Positions 38,033 to 51,584 of a stretch of 64,000 nt of DNA are shown piece after piece. The stretch lies in assembly GCA_030324005.1 (NCBI GenBank), contig JARDVH010000031.1:38349680-38413679 (forward strand). The letters are read 5' to 3'. The notes beneath the pieces are model-generated. The model was not told the origin of the DNA. It was given only the letters and a program-made list of their open reading frames with translations, and searched no databases. A program made the translations under genes and the position numbers. The stretch comes from Negaprion brevirostris (Eukaryota). Within the stretch, counting starts at the first letter, position 1; each line of letters begins with the position of its first letter.

Positions 38033-38311
38033 AACCACCATCATTTATGAAGAAGATTGAAAATACTTCTGCACTTTTGGGAAGCTCAGCTGTGTTTCAG
38101 TGCAGCCTAAAAGGCTCGCATCCTATTACAATAACTTGGCTGAAAGATAAAGACGTTGTCACAGAAAGTGATAATATCAAAATTACGTATGAGAATAATA
38201 TTGCTACTCTTCATATTGCTGCTGTTGAAATGAACAACAGTGGGAAATACACCTGTATTGCAGAAAATGAAGCAGGAAGTCAAAAGTGTCTGGCAACATT
38301 TGTTGCGAAAG
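38033..38311 (+). CDS. TTN: Super-repeat 1, domain C
   Basis: attag|...|gtcagt, 279 nt. Confidence 0.95.
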
Positions 38312-38420
38312 GTCAGTTTGAGAATATATTGGCACTTTTTATGCGAGACTCATGTTTTATGAAATTATGATGATTTACTACATTTTGTTAATGGCTACTA
38401 ACTATTTCATTTTGCCATAG

Positions 38421-38699
38421 AGCCCGCAAATATCCTAGAGAAAGCTGAACCAATTAGTGTTACTGCGGGGGACCCAGCAACTTTGGAATTCACAATAGCT
38501 GGTACACCAGAATTAAAAATTAAATGGTTCAGGAATGGAAAGGAGCTGATATCCAGTAGAAAGTACAAGACAAGTTTTTCAGACAAGGTCGCCAGCCTAA
38601 AGATCTTTTCTGCAGAAAATGAGGATAGTGGTGAATATGCTATTGAGGTCAAAAATGATGTGGGCAGTTGCAGCTGCAATACCTTTATTACTGTACTGG
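38421..38699 (+). CDS. TTN: Super-repeat 1, domain D
   Basis: catag|...|gtcagt, 279 nt. Confidence 0.95.
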
Positions 38700-38808
38700 G
38701 TCAGTATCTAATAACCCAATTTTATATTTTCTTTGTTCATTGTAATGTTAAACATTGTTTGAATTTTGTTTTGGTAATCTTACTGGTTTGTTATCTTGTC
38801 TTGGACAG

Positions 38809-39096
38809 ATCGCATGGTTGCACCCTCCTTCACAAAAAAATTACGAAAAATGACTAGCATCCTGGGTGCTTCTTTTAACATGGAATGCAAATTTTCTGGT
38901 TCTATCCCAGTCAGTGTATCTTGGTATAAAGATGACAGAGAGATATCAACCAATGATAAGTACACAATTGCATGTCAAGACAACGCTGCTACTTTGACAG
39001 TCAATCATTCAGAGATTGCAGATGGGGGAACTTACTCATGCAAAGTTACTAATGCTGCAGGAAGTGATGAATGCAGTGGAGTCCTAAGTATAAAAG
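38809..39096 (+). CDS. TTN: Super-repeat 1, domain E
   Basis: ggacag|...|gtttga, 288 nt, DRMVAPSF. Confidence 0.95.
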
Positions 39097-39629
39097 GTTT
39101 GAGCAAATAATTAAATTCTGCTTCTGCATTGATGCTTTCTTTTGGGGTTTCTTTCTTGGCTACCTTCTTCCTCTCTTGAAGCTGTTGATGTCTTACCAAG
39201 GCATAATTCCATGCCTTTTTTTTTTAACTTGTCCAACTGCCCATTACTTATGTGTGGAACTCAGCAAAGAATGTTGCTGGAATATTTGACTGTAGAAATT
39301 ATCTATTCAGAGTCATAAGTTGTCTTTGCTCAATGTCTGTCTGCACCCAATTCTAGCCAGAGATTGGGAATGTGAACTTGTGTAATTTTTCCCTCCTGAA
39401 CAATGATGCTCAGACCAATGATAATGAAATAACCACTGCCCTGGCTGTGGTCAACTAACACAAATTAGGAATTGAACCTTGTGTGTCACTAGTCACTGTT
39501 ATTTGGCTATTTTCCAGGTAAACTTGCTGAACAACCAGGGGACCCCCTTGAATGTCTAAGAGTTAATTGCTAGAATGCTATGAGTGAGCTACTCTCAGTT
39601 AACTGAGGTACCAGCAGTCTGTTAAGGCA

Positions 39630-41400
39630 CAACACAAAAACTTGGTGCTGGAGTAGGCGATTTGGCCACTTGAGCTTGCTCCATCATTTGATAAGATCTG
39701 ATGGTAACCTCAATTTCGCTTTTCTGTCTNNNNNNNNNNNNNNNNNNNNNNNNNNNNNNNNNNNNNNNATCCTTGGCTCCTTTGTGTATCAAAAGTCTAT
39801 TTAGTTTAGCTTTGAATATATTCGATGACCAGCTCCCTGCTCTCTAGGGAACAGAATTCGACAGGCTAACAAAATTCTGAGAGAAAATAAATTCTCCTAA
39901 TCTCAGTCTTAAATTGGAGATCCCTCATTTTAAACTGTGCCCTCTAGTTCGGGCGGCACAGTGGTTAGCACTGCTGCCTCACAGCGCCATGGACCCGTGT
40001 TCAATTCCTGGCTTGGGTCACTGTCTATGTGGAGTTTGCATGTTCCCTCTGTGTCTACGTGGGTTTCCTCCAGGTGCTCCAGTCTCCTCCCACATTCTGA
40101 AAGACGTGCTAGTTAGGTGCATTGACCTGAACAGGCACCAGAATGTGGCATCTAGAAGAATTTCACAGTAACTTCATTACAGTGTTAATGGAAACCTTTC
40201 TTGTGATTAATAAATAAACTTAACTTAGTTCCATACTGCCCCAGAAGAAGAAACATCCTCCCCACATCCACCTTGTCAGAATCATATATGTTTTAATAAG
40301 GCCGCCTTTCATTTTTCCAAAATCCAACAGCTGTAGCCCCAACCTGCTCAATCTTTCTTCAAGGTAATCCCTTCATCCAAGAAATCAGTTGTCTGAACCC
40401 TCCCTGAATTGCTTCCGATGCAATTTTTTCCTTTCTTAAGTTAAGGAGACCAAAACTTCACAGAGTACTCCAGATGCAGTCTAACCAAAGCCTTGTCTAA
40501 CTGCAGCAACAATTCCCCTCTTTTATACTGAATTCCCCTTGCATTCCATTTTCCTTCCTAATCACTAGGTGTGCCCACATACTAACTTTTTGTGATTTAT
40601 ATGATCCATTGACTTCTTGAGTTTCTCGCCATTCAAATCATGGACTAAGTTTTTCTCCTTCATGCTAAAGAGGAAAAATTCACATTTTCCAGCATTATTC
40701 TCCAAATTTTTGTCCACCCACTATCTAAATTCCCCTGTGGACAATTTATGTCCTCTTGGCAGCTTAATTTCCTATCTTTTATTGTGCCAGCATACTGTCC
40801 ACCCCTTATCCAAGTCATTTTCATGAAAGCTCTGCCTTCTTAGCCTTGTCCCTCACCTGAGGAGTGGTGACTCTCAGATTGAATTACCACCAGTCAGCTC
40901 TTCCCCTGAAAGGGGAGAGCAGCTCTGGACATCTGGGATTGTGGTAACTTGATCTTACCCAAAATAGATTGTAAATGGTTGAGGACCCAGCACTGGTCTC
41001 TGTGACACTTCACTAGTTACAATTTGATAATCCAAAAAAAATCTATTAATCCCTACTCTCTGTTTCCTGTTCACCAGCCAATTTTTATCCATGCCGATAT
41101 GTTAATCTCTGCACTATACGCTCTTATCAAAGGCCTTTTGGAAATCCAAGTACAACACATCAATCCAACTTGAAAATTACTTCATCAAAAAACTTTAGTT
41201 TATTTGGCAATCACAACTTCCCTTTCACAAAACCATGTTGACTCTGCCTGATTGTATTATGATTTTCTAAATTTTGTGCTCCTACTTCCTTAATAATAAA
41301 TTCTCAGTTTTTTCCTATGACAGACATTAAAGATGTTTTTCTCTCAGGGGATCATTGGCTTGTTAAATTTCCCATAGTTTCTTGATTTTTGTCTCACCTG
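39630..41400 (-). mobile_element. Decayed CR1 LINE 3' half, antisense, with nested SINE
   Basis: Antisense QHGFVKG and DVLYLDFQKAFDK at ~41120-41245. Confidence 0.8.
39951..40225 (+). mobile_element. HE1-related V-SINE with target-site duplication
   Basis: GGGCGGCACAGTGGTTAGC head; TSD TAGTTC at 39945-39950 and 40226-40231. Confidence 0.9.
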
Positions 41401-41585
41401 GGCAAGGTTCTTCTCCATGTATCACTTTACTCAACACTACAATGTTTTAGTAAGTCATTGCACCCCAACATTAATCCCTGCAAATCATAAGGGAAGGAGG
41501 AAATGGGGGGAAAGCTTCCTTGCTTACTGCTGTCTATTCATTCGTTATGCATTATTCATATGTTGTTTCTTTGAATGTCTTTTAG

Positions 41586-41864
41586 AGCCTCCCAGCTTTA
41601 TCATAAAACCTGCTTCTGAGCATGTTCTACCTGGTTCAACCGTGAAGTTTAAGACTGTGGTGAATGGAACACCTCCAATGTCAATGAAGTGGTTCAAGGG
41701 TGATACAGAGCTTGTGACTGGTGGCACCTGCTTCATTATGAAGGATATTTCTACAACTTACCTTGAATTATTTTCAGTGAAATCTTCTGACAAGGGTGAT
41801 TACATTTGTGAAATCAGCAATGATGCTGGAACAATTTCCTGCACCACAAGCCTCTCTGTAAAAG
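41586..41864 (+). CDS. TTN: Super-repeat 1, domain F
   Basis: tttag|...|gtgact, 279 nt. Confidence 0.95.
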
Positions 41865-42083
41865 GTGACTTTTAAAATTTTCTTGTCTCTTTAGTTGTGT
41901 TTAGTTTTCTTAATATTTTCTTTGTTCTTTCTATTAAAATGTCACTAACATTGTCACGTATTTTCTTATTAATAGAAGAAATTGAAGTTATCATCTTTGA
42001 AGGACAGTAAACGTTTTTATCTTCTTGTCTTCATGCATCAGTTTCTTTTAAATTCATTCTTTACAACATCTTGATCTTTATAG

Positions 42084-42365
42084 AACCACCAGTGTTTTTA
42101 CGGAAACTAGAACCATCACAATTACTGAAAGTTGGTGATTCAACTCGGTTTGAATGTGAAGTGGCTGGCACACCTAAAATTAATGTTACTTGGTACAGGG
42201 AAGACATGCAAATTCTTCCCAGTGAGAAATACAGAATGTCATTTGTTAATGGTGTGGCCATTCTTGAAATTCTTGAGAGTGATGTGCGAGACAGTGGAGA
42301 ATACAGTTGTGAAGCTAAGAATGAAGTTGGTACTGAGAGTTGCAGTGTCACTGTAACAATTAAAG
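42084..42365 (+). CDS. TTN: Super-repeat 2, domain A
   Basis: tatag|...|gtccgt, 282 nt, KLEPSQLLK. Confidence 0.95.
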
Positions 42366-42497
42366 GTCCGTGAATATATTTTGCTTCTAATTTCACAAAT
42401 ATAGGCTGCATTTACAAGCTATTTCTAACATTTCAAGTTTTACGTGTAACTGCAAAGTGATATATTTTAGATTGAATTTATTATTTGTTCCTTTTAG

Positions 42498-42776
42498 AAC
42501 CTCCATCTTTCATGAAAAAACTTGAATCTCTTAAGGCGCTCAAAGCTTCTGACATCATTCTTGAGTGTGAGGTGGCTGGCACAGCCCCATATGACGTTTC
42601 TTGGTATAAGGACAATAAGCAAATTAGGCCTAGCAAGAAGTACAAGGCAATCAATAAAAACTCGTTAGTTAGTCTACATGTTCTTAAATTTGATACAATA
42701 GACGTTGGTGAATATCAATGCACGGTATCAAATGAAGTGGGAGAATGTTCCTGCAGTTCTGCAGTGACTTTGAAAG
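42498..42776 (+). CDS. TTN: Super-repeat 2, domain B
   Basis: tttag|...|gttagt, 279 nt. Confidence 0.95.
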
Positions 42777-42910
42777 GTTAGTAAAAACAAAACCAAATCT
42801 TTCTTTTCCATTAAATTACAATCCAGTCTTTTTCCACACTAATTGTCAAATGATTTTACAATGATTACTCAGCGGCATCCCATATTCATAATGTTTCATT
42901 TTAAAAACAG

Positions 42911-43189
42911 AACCTCCATCATTTGTTAAGAAGATTGAAAATATTACTGCACTTTTTGGAACTACTGCCATGTTTCAATGCATTGTGAAAGGTGCAAGCC
43001 CAATTTCTATAACCTGGCAAAAAGATAACGATGATGTGACAGAAGATGATAACACTAAAATATCTTTCGAAAATGACACAGCCACACTGACAATTGATTC
43101 TGTTGCAAGTCATCATGGTGGGAAGTTCATTTGTCAGGCAAAGAATGAAGCAGGAATCACAAAATGTATTGCAAATTTGCTAGTGAAAG
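42911..43189 (+). CDS. TTN: Super-repeat 2, domain C
   Basis: aacag|...|gttggt, 279 nt. Confidence 0.95.
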
Positions 43190-44363
43190 GTTGGTTTAAA
43201 AATGATTGTGCATTGGAACTTCTTAAAAACTTGACTATTTTAATAATTGCATAAGGGCTGCCTTAAGGCAGCTGAATCCAATAGTGTACAGTGCATGCTG
43301 AAATGTTTGGTCCACAAAAAAAGTCTTTAGGAAAATTAGGGATCAGAAATAACTGGAAAAATGATGACGACCTGGCACCCTCCATTATCACTGTGTATAA
43401 AGGTCAGCAACTTGTGGCAAGAAAGAGGTATGCCTTTAGCAAATTGGCATAAATTGTTGGATGATCTGCTCCTCCATTGGCCTCGTCAAAGTGGGAGCTT
43501 GCTGTCACTCGCCATGAGTGACAAAAAATTGGTGGATTTGCAGCGCATGCATAAATTAGTCTTAAAATGCACACTTTGGGTTTAGATGTTGTCAATGATG
43601 TGATTAATGATCCTGAATCGAAACCTCAGTCTTTAACGCCCAGAAAGTGCTCAATTGAAATGATCAAATCTTGCTTGAGGTGGCTGATTATTCTTAGAGT
43701 TTTTTTTAAATGCTAAATTATATCTTTCCTCACTTTTGCTTTTGCTGTTTTTTTCTCAATCTGTCTCCTGGTCCAATTTTATTTTGCGTCTTTTTCTATT
43801 TTTGTTTCTAATTCAGTTCTATTTCATCCTAGTTCCCTCTGCACCATTGTTTTGTTTCCTTATCTATTCCTAAATTTAATTTAATGAAGCAGGCCATTAA
43901 AGATGGACATCCTATACAATTATCAGTTTGCCTTTCCAGCAATTTCTGAACCATTCTCCATTGAGTTGAGAAAATGAAATAAGAATATAATGCAACAATA
44001 TCTGGAATCATGAAAATAACTGATTAACTTAATATGAAGTTGATATAATTGAAGCAGAATGGTGGTCAAAAGAAAAAAATAGCTGAAAGAAATTTGACAT
44101 GAATGTAAACCCACAAAATTGTCAATGCATGCCATTAATTAATGTTAAATGAGAAATTGGACAGTTGCACAAGCAGAATTTTCCATGACTTGAGAAAGGC
44201 ATTTTCGAGTAGTATGATTTTTTTACAAGGTGTACTTGTGGAATTATGTGCATGGTTTAGCTGTAGCTTCAATAGTTTGGCTCAGTGAAAAAAAAATTAC
44301 GAAGGTCAAAGTGGCCTATTCATGCTTCTTACATTCTTATCTTCTAACTTTTCTTTGTCACAG

Positions 44364-44642
44364 AACCTGCAAATGTTATAGAGAAAGCAGAATCAATTAG
44401 TGTAACTGTAGGAGAGCCAGCAACACTGGACTGCATTTTTACAGGAACACCAGAAGTGAAAGCCAGATGGTTTAAAAATGGCGCAGAGTTGGTGACTGGT
44501 AGAAAATATAAAATCAGTCTTACTAATAAGGTTACAAGTTTGAAGATTCGGACTACTGAGAAGGAGGATAGTGGTGAATATACTTGTGAGGTTGCAAATG
44601 ATGTTGGTAGCAGCAGTTGCAAAGCTTCTGTAACAGTATTGG
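44364..44642 (+). CDS. TTN: Super-repeat 2, domain D
   Basis: cacag|...|gttggt, 279 nt. Confidence 0.95.
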
Positions 44643-44751
44643 GTTGGTATTTTTGCTTTTCCATTTCGTTGCATTTACCATAAGTTTAAAAGGAACAGCT
44701 GATATTTTGAAAGAGATTATAGCTTTTCCTTTCCTACTCTGTGTTGGACAG

Positions 44752-45039
44752 ATCGCATAGTTCCACCATCGTTTAAAAGAAACTTAAAAAATATGGATGG
44801 CATCAAAACATCCTTTATTAAGATGGAATGCACGATCTCTGGCTCTCTTCCAATGAATGTGCTCTGGTATAAGAACAATCAAGAAATATCAGCTAATGAA
44901 AAATACAAATTTTCTTACCACGATAACTTGGCACAATTGGAGATTCATCATCTAGAGTTGACAGATAGTGGAACTTACATTTGCAGAGCAACAAATGCCG
45001 CTGGAACTGATGAAAGTAGCGGTGCCTTGACTGTGAAAG
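44752..45039 (+). CDS. TTN: Super-repeat 2, domain E
   Basis: ggacag|...|gttgga, 288 nt. Confidence 0.95.
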
Positions 45040-45280
45040 GTTGGAAATCTTGTCTTCAATCTCTTAAATGCTTACATGAATTAATTAGTTCACCTAGGAT
45101 TTAGTTATCACAAACATCAGTTATTATGCAATTATTATTTGCTCTATTAAAAAACATTTTGAGTGTACCATAGGTTATACTTACATAGTTATTGTGATAT
45201 TTTGCCATATCTTTTCAAAGTTTCTATTTCCCATGTATTTTCTTGCCATTATGACTGCAATTTTCCTTTGGTAATTTTAG

Positions 45281-45559
45281 AGCCTCCATATTTTACTGTG
45301 AAACCATTGTCCCAGAATGTTTTGCCTGGTTCCAAAGTGCAGTTTAGGAGTGTTACGAGTGGGACACCTCCAATGGCAATAAAATGGCTTAAAGACAATA
45401 AGGAGTTAACGTCCAGTAACTCACGTTACATTTCAAAGGAAGGCTCATCAAGTTTGCTACAACTGCATTCAGCTGAAGTTTCTGATACTGGTGACTACGT
45501 TTGTCAAGTCAGCAATGAAGTTGGCACAGAATCGTGCACTGCTAGTCTTTTTGTCAAAG
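45281..45559 (+). CDS. TTN: Super-repeat 2, domain F
   Basis: tttag|...|gtgtga, 279 nt. Confidence 0.95.
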
Positions 45560-46079
45560 GTGTGAATTATCTTAATGTTTCTGCATGTCATTTTACAAAG
45601 TTTACTTTATTGTCTTTCTTTAAAACATTATGGGGGGAATCATCCAGCCTCCCAGTGTGTGTTTCTTGGTGGTGGGGTGTGCAGTTCGCTGGTGGTGCAA
45701 TTCACTGGTGATGCAATTCTCTGGTCCTGCTGCGGACAATGGGATTTCCCATTGATGTCACCCCATGTCACCGCGGGAGGGGGTGCACTGCCAGCTGGAC
45801 TAGAAAATCCCATGAGCATGCAAAGCTGGGAATGTCCCCCTATTTATATCTTTATTTGAAAACTCTTCTTCTCTTTAGCTTTATTTGTGTACCTGTTGTA
45901 AGCCTATCTTTATAAGTTCAACCTGAATGTTCCTTCAATACTGTTGCATTCGATTTATTTCTCTGTGCAGTGAAAAATGTGATTTTACATTGTTTCCAGA
46001 GGTTTTGTCTTTTATGTCATGAATTGAAATTAGATCACAATGATTTGTATTTAGAATTTAGCTGTTTAAGTATATTTTA

Positions 46080-47990
46080 GAAACATTGTGGCCAAATTAA
46101 GGCACATCAGCCCATCAAGCCTGCTCTGCTATTGAATAAGATAATGGCTGATCTGATTATGGCCTGAACTCCAATTTCCTGCCTGGACCCCCTTTAAATC
46201 ATAATTCTGTTTAATCTTGCCTTGAATATAATCAGTGACCCAATCTCAACTGATGTCTGTGGGAGAGAATTCCTGATGGCACAGTGGTTAGCACTGCTGC
46301 CTCACAGCACCAGTGGCCCGGGGTTCGATCCTTGGCTTTGGGTCATTGTCTGTGCGGAGAAGACACTTTCTCCTTGTGTCTGCGTGGGTTTCCTCCCTGT
46401 ACTCTGATTTTTCTCCCACAGTCCGAAATTGATAGGTTTAGAATCCTAAAATTTTATTCTGAACCCAGTGATGGGTGTTCCTGCACCAGGAGAAGAGTGT
46501 GGTGATTCAAGATGGCCTCTAGCACCATCTGAAAGTCAGATGGTTAGGTTCATTGGCCATGCTAAATTCTCACTGAATGTACCCAAACAAACACCAGAGT
46601 GTGATGATTTGGTGATTTTCATAGTAATTTAACTGCATTGCTAATATAAGCCCACTTGTGACACTAATAAATGAAAAAGAATTAAAACACCTGAGAGAAA
46701 AATTCTTCCTCATTTCAAGCTTAAATGGAGACCCTTTATTTTTAAGTTGTGTCATTTTTTTAGATTCCTCCATGAGGTGGTACCTTTACTGGCATCTATC
46801 AAATGTCTTTTAGGAATCTAAGTACATTACATCTGTTGGTATCTCTTTAGCCATTGTATTGTTACATTCTGTTGAGACTTATGAAATATCTCCTTAAAAG
46901 CCTGCTGCTGCTTTTCTTTCGTCTTACTTTTTAACCTTTTCACAACTCCACCTAAGGCAACTCTGTCTTCACACCCTTTTTGTTGCCTTTACTTAAGTTT
47001 AAGATGGTCTTCTTTGTAACTTCATAGTAACTTCATTGCAGTGTTAATGTAAACCCACTTGTGACGCTAATAAATACATTTTAAACTTTAATAAATAAAC
47101 TTTTAAATTTTAGAACTCTAGTTTCAAACTCACATTTCTAACCCTCAATTGGATATTAAATTATTTTATGTTATGATCAGCTTCACTGACAGAATGAGGT
47201 CATTCATTAATCCCGTCTTCTTACACATTACCAGATCTAAAATAACCAGTTCTTCGGTTCCTTCCAGAGCACATTGTTCTAAAAGAAACTTTCCAGAACC
47301 TGTGCACGCACCCTGCAGATCACCTTTGCCAATTTGATTAATCTAATCCACATAAAGATTGAAATCTCTCATGATTATCCCAGTGCCTTTCTCATAAACC
47401 CCCTCTATTTCTTGATTTAGAGGCTATGATTCATAATTCTACAATGTATCGGCTGTGAAAGGGCTTAAAAACAAATGCAACAGTGAATTATTTCCTTTGC
47501 TATTTCTCATCTCCATCCAAACTGATTCTACATCATGATCCTCCCAAACCAAGATCACTTCTCACCACTATACCAATCACATCCTTAATTACCAGAGCCA
47601 CCTCATTTCATTTTCCTTTCTTCCCTTCTTCCAAAATGTCACACATGCTTGAATATTCAGGTCTCAGCCACAATCACTTTGTAACCAGGTCTCTGCAATG
47701 ACTATTATAGCCTATTCATTTAATTCTAATAGTGCTATGAATTCATCCATCTTGCTGTGAATGCTGAATGCATTCAAATAAAAAGCCTTCAATTCTGAAC
47801 TTTTATTATTTTTCCTTACTCTGACCTTATTTGCCTGTGCACTCTTGTGTTTCTCTGCTCTGCCCCTTCCTGCCACTCTGTGGTATTCGTCGTCTGTCCA
47901 TTCTCTTTAATTTTCCAAACTTCCCCCCCATGTGCTCTTCTTCCCCTTCCCCCAATATTTAGTTTAAAATCCTTTCTGCAGCTTTATTAT
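46080..47990 (-). mobile_element. Heavily deleted CR1 LINE remnants, antisense
   Basis: 3' UTR-like CAGCCCATCAAGCCTGCTCTG at the left; antisense KAFYLNAFSI endonuclease start at ~47760-47790. Confidence 0.6.
46275..46673 (+). mobile_element. HE1-related V-SINE with internal insertion
   Basis: GGCACAGTGGTTAGCACTGCTGCCTCACAG head; CTTGTGACACTAATAAAT tail. Confidence 0.8.
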
Positions 47991-50113
47991 AGGATTCACT
48001 AGGGCACTGGTTCCAGGTGCAGGTTGTTACAACAATACAAAGNNNNNNNNNNNNNNNNNNNNNNNNNNNNNNNNNNNNNNNNNNNNNNNNNNNNNNNNNN
48101 NNNNNNNNNNNNNNNNNNNNNNNNNNNNNNNNNNNNNNNNNNNNNNNNNNNNNNNNNNNNNNNNNNNNNNNNNNNNNNNNNNNNNNNNNNNNNNNNNNNN
48201 NNNNNNNNNNNNNNNNNNNNNNNNNNNNNNNNNNNNNNNNNNNNNNNNNNNNNNNNNNNNNNNNNNNNNNNNNNNNNNNNNNNNNNNNNNNNNNNNNNNN
48301 NNNNNNNNNNNNNNNNNNNNNNNNNNNNNNNNNNNNNNNNNNNNNNNNNNNNNNNNNNNNNNNNNNNNNNNNNNNNNNNNNNNNNNNNNNNNNNNNNNNN
48401 NNNNNNNNNNNNNNNNNNNNNNNNNNNNNNNNNNNNNNNNNNNNNNNNNNNNNNNNNNNNNNNNNNNNNNNNNNNNNNNNNNNNNNNNNNNNNNNNNNNN
48501 NNNNNNNNNNNNNNNNNNNNNNNNNNNNNNNNNNNNNNNNNNNNNNNNNNNNNNNNNNNNNNNNNNNNNNNNNNNNNNNNNNNNNNNNNNNNNNNNNNNN
48601 NNNNNNNNNNNNNNNNNNNNNNNNNNNNNNNNNNNNNNNNNNNNNNNNNNNNNNNNNNNNNNNNNNNNNNNNNNNNNNNNNNNNNNNNNNNNNNNNNNNN
48701 NNNNNNNNNNNNNNNNNNNNNNNNNNNNNNNNNNNNNNNNNNNNNNNNNNNNNNNNNNNNNNNNNNNNNNNNNNNNNNNNNNNNNNNNNNNNNNNNNNNN
48801 NNNNNNNNNNNNNNNNNNNNNNNNNNNNNNNNNNNNNNNNNNNNNNNNNNNNNNNNNNNNNNNNNNNNNNNNNNNNNNNNNNNNNNNNNNNNNNNNNNNN
48901 NNNNNNNNNNNNNNNNNNNNNNNNNNNNNNNNNNNNNNNNNNNNNNNNNNNNNNNNNNNNNNNNNNNNNNNNNNNNNNNNNNNNNNNNNNNNNNNNNNNN
49001 NNNNNNCATGCTGTCAAAGACACCCTGGCTTGGTTCAGGTCTGCACTTTGTTAAAGACTCTCTTTTAATTTCAGAGTGAGTGATGTTTCCTACTTGAGAC
49101 GTGTACTTACAGACTTTGGGAGGTTGAATTGAATCAAAGTACACGTTCACAATTTAACCCCATTTTAAAGCCAAATAAATTCTTCCCTTACTTTTATATT
49201 CTCACTGTAAGTTCATGTGCTTGCATTTATAATGTAAACTGTCTATGAAACTTCCCCTCATTAACCCCTTCTATTTCAGCCCTTTTCTCTCTTTCAATTT
49301 TTATCTCTCAACCTTTTTCTTATCCATGTCTTCTCAAGCCCTTCTTTCCCACTTGTTTCCCTCTCTTATCCCAACTTTCTCTGAATTAGTGGATGGGATT
49401 TTCCACGCAACCTGCTATGTGTTTCATGGCAGCGGAGTGGCCTGCCATTGGCCAGCGCTCCTTTCCACAGCGAAACCTGTGGTGGGAGTATGATCTTGGT
49501 AGGACCGTAAGATCACATTGCCATAACCATACAGAAAGCTCCAGCCCTAGGCTTTCCTAGTGCTCCTCTCCTCCTCACCCCCCGAATTTAATACATCATT
49601 GGCAAACCACTTAATATGCACGTGGCTGGGATTCACAAACGTAAATCTGGCTGTATCCTGGAACCTGTTTCTCAAGTGAAGTGGAGAATTGGTTAAATGT
49701 AATTTAAAAGACTCAATTTATTTTTAAAACAAAACATTTTTAACTTTAAGACTTTTGAGTTAGTTTTTGCTCTGTTTATGAAAATTGCTCACATTTGAAT
49801 GAGCATGAATTTTCTGATGTTGCTCCAAAATGACAATGATCCGCAACATGATAGTTATGTGATGATTTGTCAACATGTAATCTTCTGAGAAAATTGTGGA
49901 AACGTTTGGAGAATTGTAACACACGCCATTTAAAGTAAGGTTGATTGGAAATCAAAACCAATCAATTGTTTTCATCGCAGTATATTTCTGATTATTTGGA
50001 GATCATTCTGATTATCATCAATTTTTATTTCACACATCCATTACCTTCAGTTGTGTGCACATAAAATCTTTGGCTTTCTTTTCATTCTATTCAATAAATG
50101 TTACATTTTATAG

Positions 50114-50395
50114 AGCCTCCAAAGTTCATTAAGAAGCCAGATCGTAACATAACATTGAGAAATGGAGCTTCAACAAGTCTTGAGTGTACAGTAACTGGCT
50201 CGCCTGAAATCAAAGTTACCTGGTGCAAAAAGGAAAGTGAAATTCAGCCCAGTGACAACATTAGGATGTCATTTGTTGATTCTAAATCGATCCTTGAGTT
50301 GATTGATGTCAGTGTTGAAGACAGTGGACTTTACAGTTGTAAAGCAGAGAATGAAGCAGGTTTTGACATTTGCAATGTGATGGTTGCAGTTAAAG
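50114..50395 (+). CDS. TTN: Super-repeat 3, domain A
   Basis: tatag|...|gtgtgt, 282 nt, FIKKP..LRNG. Confidence 0.95.
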
Positions 50396-50502
50396 GTGTG
50401 TAGTCATAAAACACATTGAAACCAAATTTGACTTTTTTCAACAAGTGTTTCCAGCCTGGTGAGGTTCTAAATTGTTTTGCTTTGCTTGGTCTTTTTTTAT
50501 AG

Positions 50503-50781
50503 AACCACCTTCTTTTAAAAAGAAACTCGAACCTGGTGAGGTAGTCAAAGGCAGCGATAGCCATCTTGAATGTGAAGTGGCTGGTACAGGTCCATTTGAT
50601 GTTGTTTGGTATAAGGACAATAAGCAAATCCGACCTAGTATAAAATTCAAGATGTTCATTGGAAAATCTTTATTTAGTCTTTCTATTCAAAAATTTGATA
50701 ACTCGGATGTTGGTGAATACCAGTGTGAAGTGAAAAATGAGGTGGGAAGTTGTTCTTGCGTTACTGGAGTCAAATTGAAAG
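50503..50781 (+). CDS. TTN: Super-repeat 3, domain B
   Basis: tatag|...|gtcagt, 279 nt. Confidence 0.95.
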
Positions 50782-50926
50782 GTCAGTTATCAAGTACTGA
50801 TCATTTTCTTTTTAGGCATTTTCAATACTTCTATTTTGCAATTCATTTTTTTTTCAGCTTTAGCATAAATGAATGTCAAGTGTCTGATTTTATAACTAAT
50901 TCATAAAACTCTTAACTTTATATCAG

Positions 50927-51205
50927 AACCCCCTTCCTTTGTGAAAAAGATTGAAAACATCACAACATTATCTGGAAGTGTCGCCACTTTTAGCAGCCAA
51001 ATAGAAGGCTCAGCTCCCATATTTGTTACATGGATGAAAGACAAGGATGAAATCAGAGAAGATGATTATATTAAAATATCTTTTGAGAATGGTATTGCTG
51101 CACTGCAAATTGCTTCTGTTGGAGAAAATCACAGTGGAAAGTATACATGTCAAGCCATGAATGATGCAGGAACAGATAAGTGTTTTGCCACTTTGTCAGT
51201 AACAG
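50927..51205 (+). CDS. TTN: Super-repeat 3, domain C
   Basis: atcag|...|gttagt, 279 nt. Confidence 0.95.
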
Positions 51206-51305
51206 GTTAGTATGAGAGACACAACAATTCTGAATTTCAGTAAAGTGTCACGTATGGAAACAACTTCTTACTTCACCGATTGAGGAAGTATGATTTTTCT
51301 TGCAG

Positions 51306-51584
51306 AATCTGCACAAATCATAGAGAAGCCACAGCCATTAAATGTCACTTCAGGAACTACAGCAATTTTAGAATGCATTGTCGCTGGTACTCCAGAATTA
51401 AAAGTAAGATGGTTCAAGAATAAAGCTGAATTGATATCCAGTAGGAAATGTAAAATGACATTTGTGAACAAGGTGGCAATCCTAAGGGTTCTGTCTGTTA
51501 CTAAAGAAGACAGCGGGGAATATGATTTTGAAGTCCAGAATGAGTTTGGAAGCAGCAGCTGCACAACTTCATTGACAGTACTAG
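51306..51584 (+). CDS. TTN: Super-repeat 3, domain D
   Basis: tgcag|...|gttggt, 279 nt. Confidence 0.95.

Noticed and set aside
39951-40015. tRNA-like A/B boxes in several places
   Set aside because: These are SINE heads followed by V-domains, not tRNA genes.
47959-49150. Long ORFs of 345-383 aa
   Set aside because: Artefacts of the 964-nt N gap (48043-49006). The F2->A3 register is unbroken, so no missing exon is required.
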